A stretch of 32,000 nt of DNA, from the NCBI GenBank assembly GCA_000743035.1, contig CP008936.1, positions 990,001 to 1,022,000 of the forward strand. The letters run 5' to 3'. Below the pieces are notes generated by a model. The model did no database searches. It saw nothing but the letters and a program-made list of their open reading frames with translations, and had not been told where the DNA came from. This DNA comes from Candidatus Paracaedimonas acanthamoebae. GTDB lineage: Bacteria; Pseudomonadota; Alphaproteobacteria; Caedimonadales; Caedimonadaceae. Below are positions 26,401 through 32,000 of this stretch, piece after piece; position 1 is the stretch's first letter, and every line of letters starts with the position of its first letter. A program made the translations under genes and the position numbers.

Positions 26401-27249
26401 TTATATTCCTTTTTTAAGCGATATTTTCTTAAGCTCAATTGTATTTTTAGCTGTTCGTTTTAATTGGGTAGCTATGTCTTGTCTTTTAACATTAGTCCTA
26501 TGACGATAGGTGAGCACGATTGCACCAATCATTGCGACTAGCAAAATAAGCCCAGCAATTTGAAACAAATACAAATAATCTGTATAAAGAACTGCTCCTA
26601 AAGCTTTAGTATTAGTTATCTTTGAGGTTTGTGGCATAGGTGAAGTTATAAAATTTTCCTTAAACTTAATTGATTTAAAAGCAAAAACTACCAGAATCAA
26701 CTCAGTTAACATAATAGTACCTACCACAACAGTTGCCGAAATATTTTGTCGAAAATTAATGATTTCCTTTGCGAGCCATTGATAAATGCGGCGTGGTATA
26801 AGAAAAGCAACCAGAATACCTGTAAAAGTTAAAAATGAAAGGCGACCCCCAACTCCTTCCGTCAACATACTATAATCATTGAAAATATAATTACTTCCTA
26901 AGATTATAATAAGGAAAAGGATGACATATAAAACAATAAAGCTCATGATTAGGGCCAAGCTCTTGGTAAAACTTACAAAGTTTTTAAGAAAAAATATAGG
27001 CTTTTGAATTGGATTAAGATCAAGCATCATAACAACAAATAAAAATAGAACAGCAACGGCACCAACATAAACAATGATTAAAATCATCGCAATGAACTCA
27101 GCTTGAAGTAATATAAAAACACCCGCTGCATTAAAAAAAGAGAGGATTAGGTAAAGAACTGAATGCACCGTATTGCGAGCAAAAACAACCATTGTTGCAG
27201 AACCCAGCAATAAAAATGAAAAAATATAAAAAGTTAAGACTGCAATCAC
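26401..27249 (-). CDS. nuoJ: NADH-quinone oxidoreductase subunit J, unusually long (282 aa) with an internal insertion
   Basis: The N-terminal part is conserved (ARN.VHSVL.LI..F...G..ILL.AEF.A...[18 protein letters not shown]), as is the C-terminal part (NTKALG..LYTDY...[20 protein letters not shown]). The start is GTG with AGAGGA 8 nt upstream. Confidence 0.85.
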   Translation of the reverse strand: MIAVLTFYIFSFLLLGSATMVVFARNTVHSVLYLILSFFNAAGVFILLQAEFIAMILIIVYVGAVAVLFLFVVMMLDLNPIQKPIFFLKNFVSFTKSLALIMSFIVLYVILFLIIILGSNYIFNDYSMLTEGVGGRLSFLTFTGILVAFLIPRRIYQWLAKEIINFRQNISATVVVGTIMLTELILVVFAFKSIKFKENFITSPMPQTSKITNTKALGAVLYTDYLYLFQIAGLILLVAMIGAIVLTYRHRTNVKRQDIATQLKRTAKNTIELKKISLKKGI

Positions 27250-27273
27250 AAACTATCCTCTTTTAAACGCCTC

Positions 27274-27302
27274 ATCATATCAGGGGACTAACGCTAAGCC
27301 AA
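27274..27302 (-). promoter_or_regulatory. Sigma70-like promoter candidate in the 80-nt mrdA-nuoJ gap
   Basis: On the minus strand: TTGGCT (27302-27297), exactly 17 nt spacer, TATGAT (27279-27274), about 25 nt upstream of the nuoJ GTG. Sequence pattern only. Confidence 0.35.
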
Positions 27303-27329
27303 TGGTTTAAAAGTTATTTATAAATGTAT

Positions 27330-29147
27330 TTATGAAACCATAAGTTCTTGGGTTTTTAAGAGAGCATCACGTCCAATAGGTGCAGCCACAACACTTCCCC
27401 ATCCACCATGTTCAACAACAACTGCAGTCACGTAGCGGGGATAATGCACTGGAGCATACCCAACGAACAAGGCATGGTCTCTTTCTTTCCATGCTAATTC
27501 TTCATTTCTTAAAATGCGTGTTTCACGTTCCAATCTTGTTATACGTCTCACTTGGGCTGTTCCCGTTTTTCCTCCCATTTCCCATCCAGGAATATTAATT
27601 CTAGCATGGTATGCTGTCCCAGAAACTTCATTAATCACAGCATCAATACCATCTTTAATCATGGCAAGGTTCGCGGGATTAAAAGAGTAAGATGAAAACA
27701 TGGGCAGCTCTGATGAAGTCCTTTTCTTTATTGTCGGCACAAGACATTTACCCGTCAAAAGTCGCCCCATCATTTGAGCTAATTGCACAGGAGTCACTAA
27801 TATTGGCCCCTGTCCTATAGATAGTAATATGGTATCACCAACATGCCAACGCTGGTTATGCTTTTCAAGCTTCCAAAGTTTTGAGGGGACTAAGCCAGAA
27901 CGCTCAGTTGGCATTTCGATACCCGTTCTAGCTCCAAAACCTAGCTCTTTCGCCATCTGTGTTAATACTTCAACACCAATCTTTTGAGCTATTTCATAAA
28001 AATAGACATCACAAGAAACTTGTAATGCTCTTCTTAAGTTTACAAATCCATGTCCTCCACGGCAAACGCAATGAAAACGATGATTTGCTACTTCTATATA
28101 GCCTTGACAAAAAGTTTGGAAATTAGGATCCAACCTTCCTGATTCAAGTCCAGCAAGCAGAACGGCCATTTTAAAAGTCGATCCAGGCTCATAAAGACCG
28201 TGGATAGCTTTATTTGTTAAAGCACGATAAGGACTCTTTTGGAGAGTATCCCAATTTTTTTTAGGAATACCATTTACGAATAAATTCGTATCGTAACTTG
28301 GTGAAGAAACTAAGCTTAAAATTTCCCCTGTTAAAATATCCATAACAACAACAGAGGCACTTTCAACTTGTTGCAATCTTTCATAAACAAACTTCTGCAA
28401 AGGTGCAGAAATTGAAAGATTTAATTGTTGACCATTTTGGCTTTCATGCTTCTTTCTCTCTCTAACAATTTGACGTTTAGCATTAACCTCTACTTCTTTA
28501 TAACCTGCAACGCCTTGCAATATAGTTTGGAAGCTTTTTTCAATTCCTACTTTTCCTATACGATAATCCGCAAGAGGAGCGAGTCGCTGGTCAACATCGT
28601 CTTTATCAGAGGGTGCCTGAACGTAACCAATCAAATGCGCAAATGGCTCAGCATCTAAATAAAATCTTTGATATCCAGCTTCAATTTCAACCCCAGGCAA
28701 TTCAGGCAAATTCACTTCAATCTTGCATACTTCTTCCCAATTTAGATGTTGTTTTAAAATATAAGGCGTAAATTTTGGATGTTTCTTAATATCTTTGAGA
28801 ATATTTTTGAAATCTTTCAGATCCACATTTAACAACTCATAAATGCGGAAAAGGCTTGCTGGAAGGTTATCTATCTGGGCTGGAATTATTGTGAGCCGAT
28901 AGCTAGAAGTATTCCCGGCTAATTCCTGACCATGGCGATCATAGATAACTCCTCTTCTTGGTAGCAAAATATGTAATTTCACGCTATTGCCGTCAGCAAG
29001 AGTACGGTAGTGAGGAGAACGAAAAATTCCTAGGTATCCAAGACGACCAAGAATTAATGCACCACCTGCCGCTTGAGCTCCTGCAATTAAAAAAGCTCTT
29101 CGCGTGAACAGAAGCTTGGGGTCTGAAGAGCTAAAAAAGCGCTTCAT
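27330..29147 (-). CDS. mrdA: Penicillin-binding protein 2, elongasome transpeptidase (605 aa)
   Basis: It has an N-terminal TM anchor and a PBP dimerisation domain. The transpeptidase motifs are STFK, SCD (SxN/D position) and KTGTA. It lies immediately after mreD with a 4-nt overlap. Confidence 0.92.
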   Translation of the reverse strand: MKRFFSSSDPKLLFTRRAFLIAGAQAAGGALILGRLGYLGIFRSPHYRTLADGNSVKLHILLPRRGVIYDRHGQELAGNTSSYRLTIIPAQIDNLPASLFRIYELLNVDLKDFKNILKDIKKHPKFTPYILKQHLNWEEVCKIEVNLPELPGVEIEAGYQRFYLDAEPFAHLIGYVQAPSDKDDVDQRLAPLADYRIGKVGIEKSFQTILQGVAGYKEVEVNAKRQIVRERKKHESQNGQQLNLSISAPLQKFVYERLQQVESASVVVMDILTGEILSLVSSPSYDTNLFVNGIPKKNWDTLQKSPYRALTNKAIHGLYEPGSTFKMAVLLAGLESGRLDPNFQTFCQGYIEVANHRFHCVCRGGHGFVNLRRALQVSCDVYFYEIAQKIGVEVLTQMAKELGFGARTGIEMPTERSGLVPSKLWKLEKHNQRWHVGDTILLSIGQGPILVTPVQLAQMMGRLLTGKCLVPTIKKRTSSELPMFSSYSFNPANLAMIKDGIDAVINEVSGTAYHARINIPGWEMGGKTGTAQVRRITRLERETRILRNEELAWKERDHALFVGYAPVHYPRYVTAVVVEHGGWGSVVAAPIGRDALLKTQELMVS

Positions 29148-29638
29148 GATAAATTAATAACCTTTTTCAAATTTAAATATGAGAGTTTTGCACATAACGG
29201 ATACAAAAAAACTGTAAATAATACACTTAAGGCTAGATTAGATAATGAGAATGGAAATTCCATAAAACTTCTTAAAATTAATAATTCTAGGCCTTTATAA
29301 AAAATTAAAGATAAGCCAAAAACTGCCCAAACAAGAAGAAATGATTGATGATACAAGAAGCTTCTCTGAGGCAAAAGTATCATAGAAGAACATAAGAAAA
29401 GGATACTATGAAAACCAAGGGGTAATCCTTGAATGCTATCACTCACAATCCCAACACTTAAAAGAGTAAAAAGTGGTAGTAACTCAGGTTTAAAAATAGT
29501 CCAAAAGAAAATAAATGGGAAAGAAAAATCTGGACTTACATGCAGTATACTATTTGGGATTATTATATAAATAATGCTTGATAGAAGAAAATAAATTGAA
29601 GGTTGCGCAATAAAAAGAAAAGCTTTTAGAGATTTCAT
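29144..29638 (-). CDS. mreD: Rod shape-determining protein MreD (164 aa)
   Basis: It is a small polytopic hydrophobic protein between mreC and mrdA, overlapping both by 4 nt. The call rests on position and hydrophobicity; sequence conservation in this family is weak. Confidence 0.8.
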   Translation of the reverse strand: MKSLKAFLFIAQPSIYFLLSSIIYIIIPNSILHVSPDFSFPFIFFWTIFKPELLPLFTLLSVGIVSDSIQGLPLGFHSILFLCSSMILLPQRSFLYHQSFLLVWAVFGLSLIFYKGLELLILRSFMEFPFSLSNLALSVLFTVFLYPLCAKLSYLNLKKVINLS

Positions 29639-30513
29639 GATGCCCTCTTAATATCACGTGAAGGTCTAACATTCTCAATGGGTTGCTCCATATCAACAAA
29701 AACATGAACATATTCTAATTCATTTAACTGAATTAAGCTTTTTACCCTTACTGCTTCACCTTTTTGATAAGCAACCTGGCCTATAAGATAGCCTTTAGGA
29801 TAAACGCCCCCTACCCCCGATGTAAAAATTAATTCGCCAATCTTGGCTTTAGCTTCCATTTCAAAAAATTTAATTATTAAATGAGACTCACCATCACCTG
29901 AAGCAATACCTTGCACTTTTGATTTTTCTAAAATAACGGGAATATGAGAATTTACATCTTGTATTAGCAAGACCCTAGAGGCTTGCTCAGACACTTCTAC
30001 AATACGCCCCACTATATGTTGGCCTATAACAACAGGTTGGCGCAATTTAATCCCTTTTTTCGAACCAGCTCCTAAAACTATAGTTTTAGTATAAGGCGCG
30101 TGTACAACCCCTAAAACTGGTGCTGTAATGTAGCTTATCTGAGGATCAGGAGATATCTTTAATAACTGACGGAGTTGCTGGTTTTCTAAAGCTAAGGCAT
30201 GAGCTTTTAAAGCCCATTCTTCCATTTGTTTAAGTTTCGCCTCTAGTCTTTCGTTTTTATGATGAGCTCTTAAATAGGAATCAATCCATTTCTTGATTCC
30301 TACTATGCTATGTATAGGCGATATAATAAACTTTGTCATAATGCTTGTATGATCAAAGATGACTGCTCGGATGCTCAAAAAACGCTCATTATTAAGACTA
30401 AAAGAAAAAATAATAAAAGCAATAAGTAGGAAAAGAATCAACCTGACTTTACTAAAAAAAAGTCGTACTTTTGCTTGAGATCGACGGGATACATTGGAAA
30501 ATGTCGAAAGCAA
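29635..30513 (-). CDS. mreC: Rod shape-determining protein MreC (292 aa)
   Basis: It has an N-terminal TM and a coiled coil (LEAKLKQMEEWALKAHALALENQQLRQLL). The beta-barrel domain motifs are V.G.IVEV......VLLI.D..S.IPV and TSG.GG.YPKGY.IG.V. Confidence 0.88.
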   Translation of the reverse strand: MLSTFSNVSRRSQAKVRLFFSKVRLILFLLIAFIIFSFSLNNERFLSIRAVIFDHTSIMTKFIISPIHSIVGIKKWIDSYLRAHHKNERLEAKLKQMEEWALKAHALALENQQLRQLLKISPDPQISYITAPVLGVVHAPYTKTIVLGAGSKKGIKLRQPVVIGQHIVGRIVEVSEQASRVLLIQDVNSHIPVILEKSKVQGIASGDGESHLIIKFFEMEAKAKIGELIFTSGVGGVYPKGYLIGQVAYQKGEAVRVKSLIQLNELEYVHVFVDMEQPIENVRPSRDIKRAS

Positions 30514-30528
30514 AGGGAGCTACCTCAA

Positions 30529-31572
<1,044 letters not shown>

Positions 31573-31759
31573 TTAATTCCTCTCTTTGGTTGGGTAAGCT
31601 TAAAAAATTAACCTAGAACCCTCTTTATCGTATCTAAACTTAGAGTTATTGATTTTTATAAAATACTTGGCTCTTTTAGCATTATTTACTATTATAGAAA
31701 AGCAAATTGTAGATCATTGTAAAATAAAGCTTAAACTACGAGATCCTTTAAACTAATGG

Positions 31760-31792
31760 TTGACATTGTTAAAAATTAATGACATTATGTCA
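31760..31792 (+). promoter_or_regulatory. Promoter candidate with an overlapping palindromic operator upstream of the secreted-protein gene
   Basis: TTGACA (31760-31765), 17 nt spacer, CATTAT (31783-31788), with a TG at the extended -10 position. The 13-bp perfect palindrome TGACATtATGTCA (31780-31792) covers the -10, and the -35 contributes a third TGACAT copy. Confidence 0.4.
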
Positions 31793-31831
31793 TAATTATT
31801 TCCTTAAAAGGAAAAAATTTAACAGGAGTAA

Positions 31832-32000
31832 ATGATGGCCTTAAATTTAAAAATTAAAACCCTTTTTTTAATTGTTACAATTCAATTTCTTCACTTAACA
31901 AGCGCCAATGCTACAAATAACCTTGCTATTAAATTAGATGTCACCGACCAAGCCCAAGGAATTCTTAATAAAATGAAAACGGTTGCGGGTTTACCACAGC
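31832..32000 (+). CDS. Partial CDS (5' end, runs off the window): secreted protein of unknown function
   Basis: AGGAG (31824-31828) precedes ATGATG. My translation is MMALNLKIKTLFLIVTIQFLHLTSANA|TNNLAIKLDVTDQAQGILNKMKTVAGLPQ, a typical Sec signal peptide with an A-x-A cleavage site. The frame stays open to the window end. Confidence 0.55.
   Translation, partial: MMALNLKIKTLFLIVTIQFLHLTSANATNNLAIKLDVTDQAQGILNKMKTVAGLPQ

Noticed and set aside
26400-26438. A 13-codon N-terminal extension of nuoK ([13 protein letters not shown]) in the track ORF
   Set aside because: It would overlap the 3' end of nuoJ. Canonical NuoK starts at the MHIGL-type Met and is about 100 aa, so I placed the start at 26399.

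Overview
AT-rich bacterial chromosomal window (about mid-30s % GC by eye, not computed), densely coding, with almost every gene on the minus strand. Gene content and order look alphaproteobacterial, possibly a host-associated or reduced lineage (inference). From right to left on the minus strand there are three tight housekeeping operons. (1) mreB-mreC-mreD-mrdA, with no rodA following. (2) nuoJ-nuoK-nuoL-nuoM-nuoN-birA-coaX-rnj, with no nuoA-I upstream. (3) A CinA-like gene, a DUF218/ElyC-like gene, then rlpA, a DD-carboxypeptidase, tmk, holB, tatD and an MBL hydrolase. sfsA-map sits on the plus strand between (2) and (3). The left third (1-9.4 kb) is more accessory. It holds a DUF2975 membrane protein plus YozG-like HTH pair, a frameshifted PAF-acetylhydrolase-like alpha/beta hydrolase, and a polar amino-acid ABC permease/ATPase without a binding protein, coupled to a small flavin reductase. 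It also holds a 56-aa Flp-family pilin absent from the ORF track, HU, FtsB, a 1065-aa tricorn protease homolog and a small lipoprotein. I found no rRNA, tRNA, CRISPR array, transposase, integrase or recognisable defence enzymes. I also found no convincing multi-gene novel system, and I say so plainly. The best leads are listed here. (a) NuoJ is about 75-80 aa longer than usual through an internal insertion that looks like two extra transmembrane helices. (b) mrdA abuts nuoJ, breaking two normally conserved operons. (c) An orphan flp pilin lies behind a highly structured, nearly pure-AT leader. (d) The DUF2975-HTH module has no known function. (e) Two ORF disruptions are each explained by one extra base in a homopolymer run. 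All functional calls come from reading the translated ORFs and recalling family motifs; no searches were run.
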